IMG/VR virus record: IMGVR_UViG_3300042359_000853
Coordinates: 62,001-126,000 of that record
DNA: 64,000 bases
Strand: one strand, 5' to 3'
Made by a program: the position numbers and the translations under genes. Shown piece after piece: positions 48,527-57,830 of this stretch; within the stretch, counting starts at the first letter, position 1, and each line of letters starts with the position of its first letter. Under the pieces are notes generated by a model. The model was given only the letters and a program-made list of their open reading frames with translations. It was not told the origin of the DNA and ran no database searches.

Positions 48527-49456
48527 CTAAGAAATAATATAAGTGAAACAATCAAAAGGACAATCTTCGGGTCTAACCGGTGGTTGAGTTGTAGTTCTTA
48601 CTACTGGACTAGGTGCTACCACCGGAACCTGTGATCCTATCACGGTATCCTGGTTAGGATAAGTTTCAACCCAAAACTTTTTATCCCAGGTTGATTTGAA
48701 AATATTAAAATCCCATGTAGTATAACCAAACTCATCAAGTGATGGATATATTGAACGATAACTCGGATTATTTCTAAGTTTTAATAGGTTCGATCTTCGG
48801 TTTACTTTTGATATTATAGTTTGTCTTGTTTTGCCGAAATTAGTAAGTTCTGGTAGAAATCTGTAGTTTTTATTGTCAAAAAGTTCAATCGTATGAAATA
48901 TAGGACTATACTCACCCGAGTGCCTATAAATAGTGTTTGATGTGATATTTTTAACACCAAAATAAGAATCGATTCTGAGTGGTTCATTTCTATTTTGCTT
49001 TATAGTAGTAAAAGTAGGAGTAGATAAGGAGGACCAATTGAGTTGTTTTATACCATCAATCCTATTTGAATTCAATTTTTTTGTTGGAGTGAGAATATTG
49101 GGTGGTAGAAAATTAGCTTCACGTATTAGAGAATTCGATTTCATTTTTAGTTCGTCCGGAAATCCCGCTCTCAAAATATAGGGTAGATTGACTAAATCTT
49201 GACCTGAAAACCTTTGTATAGAACCATCTTCTTCAATAATAACATATTCCAAAGGCTCGGAGAATCCCCAATCTCCTAGTGGATTGTTTATTGCGTTGAT
49301 AAAATTTAGAGCTGTGACATCAGAAAACGAACGATTATACATATCGTCTCGATTGATGTTTTTAACCTCTAAACTCGTATCACTAACTTCAATACGAACT
49401 AAAACATTCTTAAACTTTTTATTGATATAAATCTTTATACCACCTTCCATAGCCAT
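48527..49456 (-). CDS. predicted structural protein, possibly the detached C-terminal part of 16385-20359; start may be ATG 49450
   Basis: 309-aa ORF; the ATATATA motif overlaps the first ATG. Confidence 0.55.
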   Translation of the reverse strand: MAMEGGIKIYINKKFKNVLVRIEVSDTSLEVKNINRDDMYNRSFSDVTALNFINAINNPLGDWGFSEPLEYVIIEEDGSIQRFSGQDLVNLPYILRAGFPDELKMKSNSLIREANFLPPNILTPTKKLNSNRIDGIKQLNWSSLSTPTFTTIKQNRNEPLRIDSYFGVKNITSNTIYRHSGEYSPIFHTIELFDNKNYRFLPELTNFGKTRQTIISKVNRRSNLLKLRNNPSYRSIYPSLDEFGYTTWDFNIFKSTWDKKFWVETYPNQDTVIGSQVPVVAPSPVVRTTTQPPVRPEDCPFDCFTYIIS

Positions 49457-49488
49457 ATATATAAATTATGGCTACAACCAGTTACAAT

Positions 49489-50583
49489 TTAGTTTAAGTA
49501 AAAATTTAGATCGGGTATGAACTCAGAAAGTTCAGTTCTATCAATCTGTTGAGAGATTTCATCGTAAGATTTGAGAACTAAGTTCAATCCATCCCATTTC
49601 ATTTCTGTATATTCAACTTCTATATCACCCAAAAATTTTTTGATAAGTTCCTTCTCTAATGACAATCTTTCTCGGCAAAGTTTTATCGATTGTATTTTTC
49701 CTGAGCTCAAATATTTATCGACTCGAATATCACGACGAAACTTCTTATCCCAAAAATATTTACTTTCTACCAGTTCTTTTTTTGGTGGTAGAAGAGGTGG
49801 TGAATATGAATAGTTGTTGTACCCTGTGTAGGTGTAGGGAAGATAATCATATTTTTTCGGATCTCTATCTACTGGTAGTAGATTAAAGTCAATACGTGAC
49901 AAAGCGTATGCTAGATTTTCTAAGTGAGCTAAATCTTGATATTCAGAAGTAGTGTGTTCGTTTTGATAACCAACTGAAAGGTTTGTACACTCTGGATAGA
50001 TTGATGCAAATTGTAGTGAATCAGTAGAAAATCCGTTCGTATCAATTCTATAATTTAGACCATTTTTATTGAGTTCATCACATAGTGTTTGAGAAAAAAT
50101 ATCACTTGCTGTTCTTTGTCTTGTTTGGTGAGTAATAACAGAGGATGTTCCTCGTCTATCGAGAGAAATTATTTTAGAAAGATTTTCATTTGGTGAATGG
50201 ATATGTTTTTGGGAAAAATATCGTGAACCTTTACATCCAACCTCTTCTCCAACAAAGAAATAGTAATTACCCGGAAAACCTCTATCTATTAACCAGAGCA
50301 TTAGAGACATACCGGCTTTATCGTCTGCTCCGAGTATTGATTTACCGGATGTTTTAACGAGATTTCCTTCAAATACGTGTTCAACATAAACTTTATCACG
50401 GCCGGCAGTGTCTAGGTGTGAAGTGAATGCATAGGTGTTTCTCTCACCTATTTCAAGGGAGTAGTTTCCCATCTCGTCTCTTACGGCTGATTTTGGTAGG
50501 AATTTGATAAGTTCTGACTCGTATCCGTGTGGGTAAGTTTCTCTGGTAAGTTCTATAAAAATGTCTCGTATATTCATAATCAC
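49489..50583 (-). CDS. M20/M28-family zinc peptidase; start probably ATG 50577
   Basis: SHLDT, LGADDKAG, GEEVG, SLDRRG, TDS, NLSVGYQNEH. Confidence 0.85.
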   Translation of the reverse strand: MIMNIRDIFIELTRETYPHGYESELIKFLPKSAVRDEMGNYSLEIGERNTYAFTSHLDTAGRDKVYVEHVFEGNLVKTSGKSILGADDKAGMSLMLWLIDRGFPGNYYFFVGEEVGCKGSRYFSQKHIHSPNENLSKIISLDRRGTSSVITHQTRQRTASDIFSQTLCDELNKNGLNYRIDTNGFSTDSLQFASIYPECTNLSVGYQNEHTTSEYQDLAHLENLAYALSRIDFNLLPVDRDPKKYDYLPYTYTGYNNYSYSPPLLPPKKELVESKYFWDKKFRRDIRVDKYLSSGKIQSIKLCRERLSLEKELIKKFLGDIEVEYTEMKWDGLNLVLKSYDEISQQIDRTELSEFIPDLNFYLN

Positions 50584-50584
50584 A

Positions 50585-50618
50585 CAAAGATAATAAAAAA
50601 AAATGAAATCGGTTCAAA
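50585..50618 (-). promoter_or_regulatory. Bacteroidota sigma-A promoter
   Basis: Minus strand TTTG, 22-nt spacer, TATCTTTG, just before the peptidase start. Confidence 0.65.
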
Positions 50619-50642
50619 CTTTTAAGATTTAATATATAAATC

Positions 50643-52805
50643 GTGTTTAATACAACTTACGACTACACCACGGGTTATCTAACCGTTTTTACAGCTAGTG
50701 TGTGGACTTTTTCTGCTACACAATCTCTAACCTTTACGATTAATAATCTTTACGATGTTGAAAAAATAGCTCAATTTACCTATATTAGTGGATCGAGCTC
50801 AGAATATAGGTATTTCCAGACCGAGTATCGCATATCTCCTGACGGATCGAATTGGTCGTCTTGGCTAGAGCTTAAGAAAAAACCAACTAACTTCCCATCT
50901 TGGGATTCGAAAGATACACTCAATTTTCAAGTTAAGTTCACTAGAACTGGTGAGTCTGAGGCCTATCTACTCTACTTAGAGAGTTTCAATATCAAGTTTA
51001 GTATAGAGAGGAATCTTATATCAGATGATTCAGAGGCTTTTCTAAATAGTTCAAATAATACTGTTATTATCAAACCACCCTATATTTATAAGGTATTCAA
51101 ACTCGATCATTTTGAAACTATAACTTCTGGTGATAGTGATAACCTTTCTGTTAAGTGGAGATATTCACAGGATTATGGTAAATCAACTACCAACTGGGAA
51201 CCACTAACTAGAGAAAATATAAAAACAGCTAGAATAAATCCTATTCGTTTTTTTCAAGTTGAATATCTTTTAGAATATACCGGAACAGACTGGGTAAAAG
51301 TCTGGGATATAAATCTTATCGGAGACTTTCAGAATGTAACAGAAGATTCTAAAAAAACAAATCTTTTAGCCTTAAGACAAGATTGTACTTGCCTTAAACT
51401 GGAACTCGTTGGTGGAAAACCAGCAACGACCGGCCAACTTCAGAGTGAAATGCTCAATAAAACATGTAGTTCGAGTGGTCTTTACAAGCTTACCGATGAA
51501 GACAAGGCGAAACTTTACAAACCTTACGAACTAAATCCACTCCTAAGTTTCTGGCAAAAAATGGCTTCGGACACCAATCAAATTTTTGGGCATGAAATCT
51601 ATTACTTTTTAACAGATCCTGATAAAAATGGAATCGACCACACCTTTCACGAGTATCAACTTTATAACTATGTTTGTGATGGTCTTATCAAAGTTTCAGT
51701 AGAACAGAACAAATTCCCAGAAGACACTATGATGATAAATCAGTTCGATCTATCACTTTTTGATTCATTCGAGATTCACATTATCAAAGAAGACTTCAAA
51801 AAGCTTTTTGGAGTTGAAAAAAGACCAGCCAAAGAAGATTTTATATGGTTTTGTCAAATAAACAAAATGTTTATTGTTGAACATGTTCGTGAATTTAGAC
51901 AAATCAATAATGCCGCTGTATATTGGAAAGTTATGCTTAAGAAATATTCACAAGCCGCAAATGTTACGGCACTCAATCAAGATCTACAAGAAAAAGTTGA
52001 AAGACTCACTAGAAACTCAACTATTGAAGAGTTATTCGGAGTAGAACTCGAAGAAGATAAGAAATCAACTGCTAATCGCCCAGAGTTTAAGACTTTATCT
52101 CAAGATCCAGTCAGACTTGAAGTTAGATCCAGAATTGAAAAAGAACTGATTGAAAATTCTACTTTTATTATCTCTAAATCACACTATCAAATGAATAGTA
52201 TCGTAAGAGGAAGTGACGCAGTTGTTTATAACAATATACAAAATGTGTTCACTAAAGGTCAAAACATTTCTTATTTTGCTTGGTTAAATTTCAATGCGAT
52301 ACCTGGAACTATGTCTAACAACTTATTTACGTATTATAATAGTGCTGCGTCTGAAGGTATAAAAATAGATATAAATTCTTCTAACGCACTAGTTACACTA
52401 AACTCTACTACTTATTCTCTACCTGTTTCTAGTATTACTACTGATGTTTGGTATTGTTATCTAGTAAATATAGATCAGCGCCAGAGAAAAATCCAACAAT
52501 ATCTCTACAAACGAAATGTTGATGTAGAGGATGAAGCTAAATTTTTACCTTCGATTACACTTAAAAAACTATTCTCTAATGAACTAGATTTAACTAGTCA
52601 ATTTATAGAAATAGAATCTGAAAGCGCTCAAATATTAGCCTCAGACATGAAACTTACGAATATACGTTTATTCTCTGATGTTATATCTGAATCTGATCAC
52701 TCAGAACTTCTAACACTTGCTAAAGTTGGAAATGATGCAAGATTCTTGATATTTGCTGATAACGCGAATACTCGAATTACGCTTCCTTACCGACCTTTTC
52801 AATAA
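50643..52805 (+). CDS. extended gp14-like neck protein with N-terminal beta domains and a C-terminal LamG-like domain
   Basis: FGHEIYYF, F.IHI.KE.F......RPAKEDFIWF....KMFIVEHV, WKV.L.KY, NSTIEELF. Confidence 0.6.
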   Translation: MFNTTYDYTTGYLTVFTASVWTFSATQSLTFTINNLYDVEKIAQFTYISGSSSEYRYFQTEYRISPDGSNWSSWLELKKKPTNFPSWDSKDTLNFQVKFTRTGESEAYLLYLESFNIKFSIERNLISDDSEAFLNSSNNTVIIKPPYIYKVFKLDHFETITSGDSDNLSVKWRYSQDYGKSTTNWEPLTRENIKTARINPIRFFQVEYLLEYTGTDWVKVWDINLIGDFQNVTEDSKKTNLLALRQDCTCLKLELVGGKPATTGQLQSEMLNKTCSSSGLYKLTDEDKAKLYKPYELNPLLSFWQKMASDTNQIFGHEIYYFLTDPDKNGIDHTFHEYQLYNYVCDGLIKVSVEQNKFPEDTMMINQFDLSLFDSFEIHIIKEDFKKLFGVEKRPAKEDFIWFCQINKMFIVEHVREFRQINNAAVYWKVMLKKYSQAANVTALNQDLQEKVERLTRNSTIEELFGVELEEDKKSTANRPEFKTLSQDPVRLEVRSRIEKELIENSTFIISKSHYQMNSIVRGSDAVVYNNIQNVFTKGQNISYFAWLNFNAIPGTMSNNLFTYYNSAASEGIKIDINSSNALVTLNSTTYSLPVSSITTDVWYCYLVNIDQRQRKIQQYLYKRNVDVEDEAKFLPSITLKKLFSNELDLTSQFIEIESESAQILASDMKLTNIRLFSDVISESDHSELLTLAKVGNDARFLIFADNANTRITLPYRPFQ

Positions 52806-53031
52806 GATTATCAATAAGTGAAGTGAGATTATAATCTTTATCTGAAATAGTGTTACCCTCGTCATGTGTAGTAGTTCTCACAATAACTCGGTTGTATTTC
52901 AAGATTATATCGGGGTGATGATTAACTTCGTTTGCTATTTTAGCTACCTTGTTTACAAATTTCAAACCTTCTTCATAAGAAGAAAACTCAAATTTTCTGA
53001 TAAGATATCCATTTTTTTTAGTCCAACTCAT
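52777..53031 (-). CDS. phhB: pterin-4-alpha-carbinolamine dehydratase
   Basis: F.F.SY...L.FVN.VA..A...NHHPDI...Y..V....TTHD.G...S.KD..L...ID. Confidence 0.9.
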   Translation of the reverse strand: MSWTKKNGYLIRKFEFSSYEEGLKFVNKVAKIANEVNHHPDIILKYNRVIVRTTTHDEGNTISDKDYNLTSLIDNLIEKVGKEA

Positions 53032-54421
53032 TAGGTTCTTCAGATTTTGATGAATAATCTATCTTTACCGTGGTTCTTTCAAAAGGTTCAAGACCTTCTT
53101 TTTTTCTCCAAAGGTCATAATATTTGAATAGAGTATCACGAAGCTCAGCTTTATCAGAAGGTATAGTTCGGTAGGGAAAACGTGGTTCTTTTTTAATAGT
53201 GAAGCCTATTTTGGGAAGTGTTATTTGTTTCCTATCAGAATCCACAAAATTAAGTATATCTTGTATAGATTTACTATCAAAAACTTCACGCTCTCTACCG
53301 ATGTAGGATATGAAGTAACCACCTCTCATATTTGTTTTGCGAATACTGAATATCTTGGCGAGTTTATCTCTATCATCAGTGAAAAATAATCTATGTTTAT
53401 CATCACCGTCTTGAGAACCCTTCACTGGTACACGAATTGTGCCGTCTGCTAAAATTTCAACTTGTCTTCCCTCAACATTTTTCTGTGAACGAGATTTTAT
53501 ATCTTGTAAGAATTCACTAGTGCCATATTCTATCCACCTGTTTCTTTTATCCATTTCTCTTCTAGTATTATCAAATTCTAGTTCTGTGAGTTGTCTAGCT
53601 GCTTCTGGTGGAGTTATTTTAAGACCTAGACCATAATCTCTATTATCTTTATCGGTTATTACTTGTTTTTGACCTGAAATCTCCCAAATCCATCGACCAG
53701 ATTTAAGTATATCCAATAGATCTGAATAAATAGCTGACCAGTAAGCAATTTGATCTTCTCTGTCACCATAAACCTCGTCGGCTTTGTAAAAACTGATGTA
53801 TGATCGATCAAAAAAATTGTAGAGTTTTTCAAGACCCTGTGTACTAAGTTTAAAACTTCTAGGTTTTCTTTGTTTTTGCCACTTCTCAGTATCACTTATT
53901 TTTGGTTTTGGTGGGTTTTTCAAAGAACTTGTTGTATTTCCGGAAAAAGGAACTTTAGCTCTGAAGGCGTCTGGATCTGATTTCAACTCCTGTCTTTTCA
54001 AATCGTTTGCTTCTAATCTAGTGATTTTTTCATCCGTATATTCCGTATCAAATTCATTTGTTTTTAGATCTCTTTTACGATTTATTTTTTCTACACGAAA
54101 GTTTCTAGCCAACACATCTTCACTTAGAGAAGCAGATCCAGTTTTTTCAAGCCACTCAAGAACATATTGATAAAAATAAAGTTCATCTGCACCTGGTTCA
54201 TAATCAGAAACAGGTTCAGGAATCCTACCAGTTTTCAGACGATTTAGTATTTGAGAAATATGAAAATTAATACAAGTCCTTTCGTTTTTGCCCTTCATCA
54301 CTGAGTAGGCATTAAAGGGTTTGTCTGGTTCTATCAAGCTAGTTATCTTAAATAGATCTACACTATCTTCTGGATTTCTGATAGCTTCTAAAAAAAGTTG
54401 CCAATTTATAACATGATTCAT
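53018..54421 (-). CDS. hypothetical protein, candidate internal head protein
   Basis: 467 aa, charged, N-terminus MNHVINWQLFLE; ATATATA motif 6 nt upstream. Confidence 0.6.
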   Translation of the reverse strand: MNHVINWQLFLEAIRNPEDSVDLFKITSLIEPDKPFNAYSVMKGKNERTCINFHISQILNRLKTGRIPEPVSDYEPGADELYFYQYVLEWLEKTGSASLSEDVLARNFRVEKINRKRDLKTNEFDTEYTDEKITRLEANDLKRQELKSDPDAFRAKVPFSGNTTSSLKNPPKPKISDTEKWQKQRKPRSFKLSTQGLEKLYNFFDRSYISFYKADEVYGDREDQIAYWSAIYSDLLDILKSGRWIWEISGQKQVITDKDNRDYGLGLKITPPEAARQLTELEFDNTRREMDKRNRWIEYGTSEFLQDIKSRSQKNVEGRQVEILADGTIRVPVKGSQDGDDKHRLFFTDDRDKLAKIFSIRKTNMRGGYFISYIGREREVFDSKSIQDILNFVDSDRKQITLPKIGFTIKKEPRFPYRTIPSDKAELRDTLFKYYDLWRKKEGLEPFERTTVKIDYSSKSEEPNELD

Positions 54422-54454
54422 ATGTACTATATATAATTATTTTTTTTTAGATAT

Positions 54455-57400
54455 TTATCCATAAACAATGTGAAGAATATATTGTGTGAAGGATCCCAGT
54501 TGTTGAACTCGGAGTGTATAGTCACCGGATGTTATTGGGTAACTAGATATTAAAAGGTTTTGACCGATTTGTGAAGTTCCAAAATGTTGTTGAGTAATCA
54601 TCAAACCAGGGTTATCACCACTAGACCAGGTAGCACCACTCTGAAGACCCATCCAAGCGACATTGTCTAGTGATACATAGCTATAAAGAACAATTGAAGT
54701 GATTTCTTTGCTACTTTCTACTTCAAATTTGAAGTAATTATTTGTATTTGGTCCAACTTCTGATTCAACAACACAAGTTCCATCAACAAGTGTTAATTGA
54801 GTTGGTAGAGTGGCATCTTCTGATGGACTACCGGAATAAATATAATTGTAAGTAATTTCAAATGTTGGTGTAGGAGTAGGAGTAGGTGTTGAAGTTGATG
54901 TGTAGGTAATAGTAGGTGTTATAGATGGTGTCGGTGTCGGTGTAGAGGTTTGTGATGGTGTGGATGTTACCGTTGATGTGATTGATGGTGTTGGTGTTGT
55001 TGTAGGCGTCTCTGTTGGTGTCGTTGTAGGTGTTATTGTATTTGTTGGTGTTGTGGTCGGTGTCACACTACTTGATGGTGTGATAGTGGGTGTTATGGAT
55101 GGTGTTGGTGTTTGTGTAGAAGTTTGTGTGGGTGTCGGAGTGGGTGTTAGTGTAGAACTTGGTGTAGGTGTAAGAGTTCGAGTTGGAGTTATGGATGGTG
55201 TTATAGATGGTGTTGGTGTTTGTGTTCTTGTTAGTGTTGGTGTTTGTGTATTTGTAGGGGTAATTGATGGTGTAATCGACGGTGTTGGTGTTTGCGAAGG
55301 GGTTTGGGTTGGTGTTTGTGTTTGTGAAGGTGTTTGTGTAGGTGTAGGTGTTATAGTCGTAGTAGAAGTTGTTGTTGTCGTTGGAATACAAAAATCACCC
55401 CACAATGGTAATTTATCATCGGTTAAATTTATAGCATTGGTATTGAAGTTCGTTGGTGTTTTCGTAATATTTTGAACACACCAAGAGGAAATATCATTCG
55501 AAAAAGATTTTGCGGATTCGAACATATAATTCATATTCGTCACACTTGAAACCGTCCAACCGCTGATGTTATTATTGAAGTTTTCGGCCCATCTGAACAT
55601 GGATTCCATATTTGTAGCTATAGTAGTATCCCAAGTAGATACGGTTCCATTGAAGTTTTTGGCGTAATAAAATAGACTTGAGAAATCTTCGATATTTGAA
55701 GTATTTAATTCTTCTAGGTTTTGATTATAATTGATACAGCCAGAAAATAATTCACTTACTGACGTTATAGTTGAAAGTGTCCAACTCTCGAAGTTTTTTA
55801 CTAGTGTTAAAGATTCACAACCTTTAAAAAATCTATCCAGTGTAGTAAGATTTGATAAATCTGGTGTATCAGAGATATTTTGTAGATCCATATTTATACA
55901 ACCCTCAAAACTACCCGGTTCGTTGAGTAGTTGAAGATTTCCCCACTTCAAAACTTCTCGAATTTGAGTTTTTGAACCGCCACTTTCAAAAGACCAACCA
56001 CTTATTGTTCCAACAATAATTATATCATAAATACCCGGAGTATTGTATGTGTGATATCTAGAATAATAGCTAGAAACAGAGGAAGTTTTTCCATCTCCCC
56101 AAATAGCTAAAAAAGAATAAGTACCCCAGCTCAGTAAAGGTAATTCAATTGATAAAGAATCAGAATTAACTCTCCATCTAGTTACAAAAGACCCAGGTAA
56201 AGAAGTTGTAGTGCTAGTCGTAGTAGTAGTTGTTGGGTTAGACAGTGTAGTTGTAGATGTCGTTGTTGTATGTGGTGTTTCGGAGGTGGAGCTTGTTATA
56301 CCTAGTTGAAAGAACTTTTTTGTTCCCAATTCTATATAGGAGCTACCGGCATTAGATTTACTCTGTATAAGTTCCATTTCTGAAAAAAGACCGAATCCAA
56401 CACTAGTTTCACCAAGCCAAGGTCTTATATTGAGTTGGTTTGCTATATCGTCTATTCTACAAGCTATACCCTCTACTAAACAAGAAGTAGGCACACTCGG
56501 ATCACAATTACCAGGACCACAATTACTACCACTACTATTTCTTGGTGGATAGCCTGAAGAATTACAACTTTCTGGCCCAATGATCTCATCACACGGGCTA
56601 GAACAAGAAAGTGTTGAATATCCAGCAAAGACAAGACCAATAATTTTTCTTGTTCCACTAAAATCCGCTATTAACGCAGAGCCTGAGTCACCCGGTGCTA
56701 TGGGAAATGGACACCAATTTACAGTATCTCTGAACGCTTTGAAAACTAATCCTCTTTCAAAATGACAGATAGACGATTGACCTTGTAGTTTAAAATTAAT
56801 ATCAAATTCCTCATCTATTCTAACAATTTTCAATTTCATACTACCTTCACCCTTGGCACCAGTTGTTCTACCAGATGAGAATAAATCACCCGAGCTAGAT
56901 GGTCCGTGTGTAGAAAGTAAATTGTCAATTTCACTAGATGTCGCAAAATCAAGTGCGTAGGTATGAGTTAAACCTATTTGAAGAAAAGATTGAGTTAAAC
57001 TCAAAGCTGACGAGTCAAGTGATAATACAGCAACATCTACTCTATTTTTAATAGTTCCTGTATCATTGTTGAGGTCACCATCCCAACACGAATTAGTTAT
57101 ACCCGGTGCATTTATACACGGGTGTATAGGTTGATATCTTTTAACACCACCAACATTACTGATCGTTCCATAGATATAATATCCCGAAGGTGCGGTCACA
57201 CCACTCCTGTCCCAAGGACTTGGTTGTGAGGTTGCATTTTTGAAAACATTATAAATTTCAGTTGCCGTGAGACCTAAATTAGTAACCACACCATCATTAT
57301 TTTTGTAAATGTTCAAAAATGCATCCTGAACTACAACATGGTTGTTTGTTATACCGACAAGTGTGTTATCCCAACCATCAATTGCAATAAAACCAAGTGT

Positions 57401-57787
57401 TCCAACAGAACTAGTCATCGAGGTTGTATTTGTTAAACTAGTCCCACCTTTGAGTGGTCTTATAGAACCTCGGTTCTCGGGCGTTGTTAGTTGCCACTCG
57501 TAAAAAGAAGGATCGTTCGTGTAACATGGGTTTGTTAGTGGAAAGGGATTCACTCTTTCAATAACATCCGTTTTAATTTCAAAATCATTTATAAATATTA
57601 TAGCTGGGATTATTTGATTTTCAGTAAGTAGTTCCAAGGGTTTCTTCTGAGAAACACTATAGATAATTGATAACTCTTCAGTTGGCTTTTGATTTATTGT
57701 TTTGAAACCAATACCAATCGAATTTACCCCATTAGGTCTAGTTTTTTTAGCCTCTAAGAAGGCTCTTCTCAAAAGATTGTATGACAT
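54455..57787 (-). CDS. multidomain protein: trypsin-like serine protease (Nal1-like), PKD-like domain, BspA/DUF285 repeats, Thr/Pro tract, C-terminal beta domain
   Basis: GTLG, TNNHVV (His), DVAV (Asp), SGRTTG, GDSGS (Ser); WGDG...HTY.TPGIY; W.T....NM..MF..A..FN..IS.W. Confidence 0.8.
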   Translation of the reverse strand: MSYNLLRRAFLEAKKTRPNGVNSIGIGFKTINQKPTEELSIIYSVSQKKPLELLTENQIIPAIIFINDFEIKTDVIERVNPFPLTNPCYTNDPSFYEWQLTTPENRGSIRPLKGGTSLTNTTSMTSSVGTLGFIAIDGWDNTLVGITNNHVVVQDAFLNIYKNNDGVVTNLGLTATEIYNVFKNATSQPSPWDRSGVTAPSGYYIYGTISNVGGVKRYQPIHPCINAPGITNSCWDGDLNNDTGTIKNRVDVAVLSLDSSALSLTQSFLQIGLTHTYALDFATSSEIDNLLSTHGPSSSGDLFSSGRTTGAKGEGSMKLKIVRIDEEFDINFKLQGQSSICHFERGLVFKAFRDTVNWCPFPIAPGDSGSALIADFSGTRKIIGLVFAGYSTLSCSSPCDEIIGPESCNSSGYPPRNSSGSNCGPGNCDPSVPTSCLVEGIACRIDDIANQLNIRPWLGETSVGFGLFSEMELIQSKSNAGSSYIELGTKKFFQLGITSSTSETPHTTTTSTTTLSNPTTTTTTSTTTSLPGSFVTRWRVNSDSLSIELPLLSWGTYSFLAIWGDGKTSSVSSYYSRYHTYNTPGIYDIIIVGTISGWSFESGGSKTQIREVLKWGNLQLLNEPGSFEGCINMDLQNISDTPDLSNLTTLDRFFKGCESLTLVKNFESWTLSTITSVSELFSGCINYNQNLEELNTSNIEDFSSLFYYAKNFNGTVSTWDTTIATNMESMFRWAENFNNNISGWTVSSVTNMNYMFESAKSFSNDISSWCVQNITKTPTNFNTNAINLTDDKLPLWGDFCIPTTTTTSTTTITPTPTQTPSQTQTPTQTPSQTPTPSITPSITPTNTQTPTLTRTQTPTPSITPSITPTRTLTPTPSSTLTPTPTPTQTSTQTPTPSITPTITPSSSVTPTTTPTNTITPTTTPTETPTTTPTPSITSTVTSTPSQTSTPTPTPSITPTITYTSTSTPTPTPTPTFEITYNYIYSGSPSEDATLPTQLTLVDGTCVVESEVGPNTNNYFKFEVESSKEITSIVLYSYVSLDNVAWMGLQSGATWSSGDNPGLMITQQHFGTSQIGQNLLISSYPITSGDYTLRVQQLGSFTQYILHIVYG
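54860..55385 (-). repeat. coding Thr/Pro/Ser tandem repeat (TPTQTPS/ITPS units)
   Basis: Low-complexity GGTGT-rich tract on the plus strand. Confidence 0.9.
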
Positions 57788-57830
57788 ATGAAATATATAT
57801 TCAATATTTCATTCTATCCAAACTATTCTA

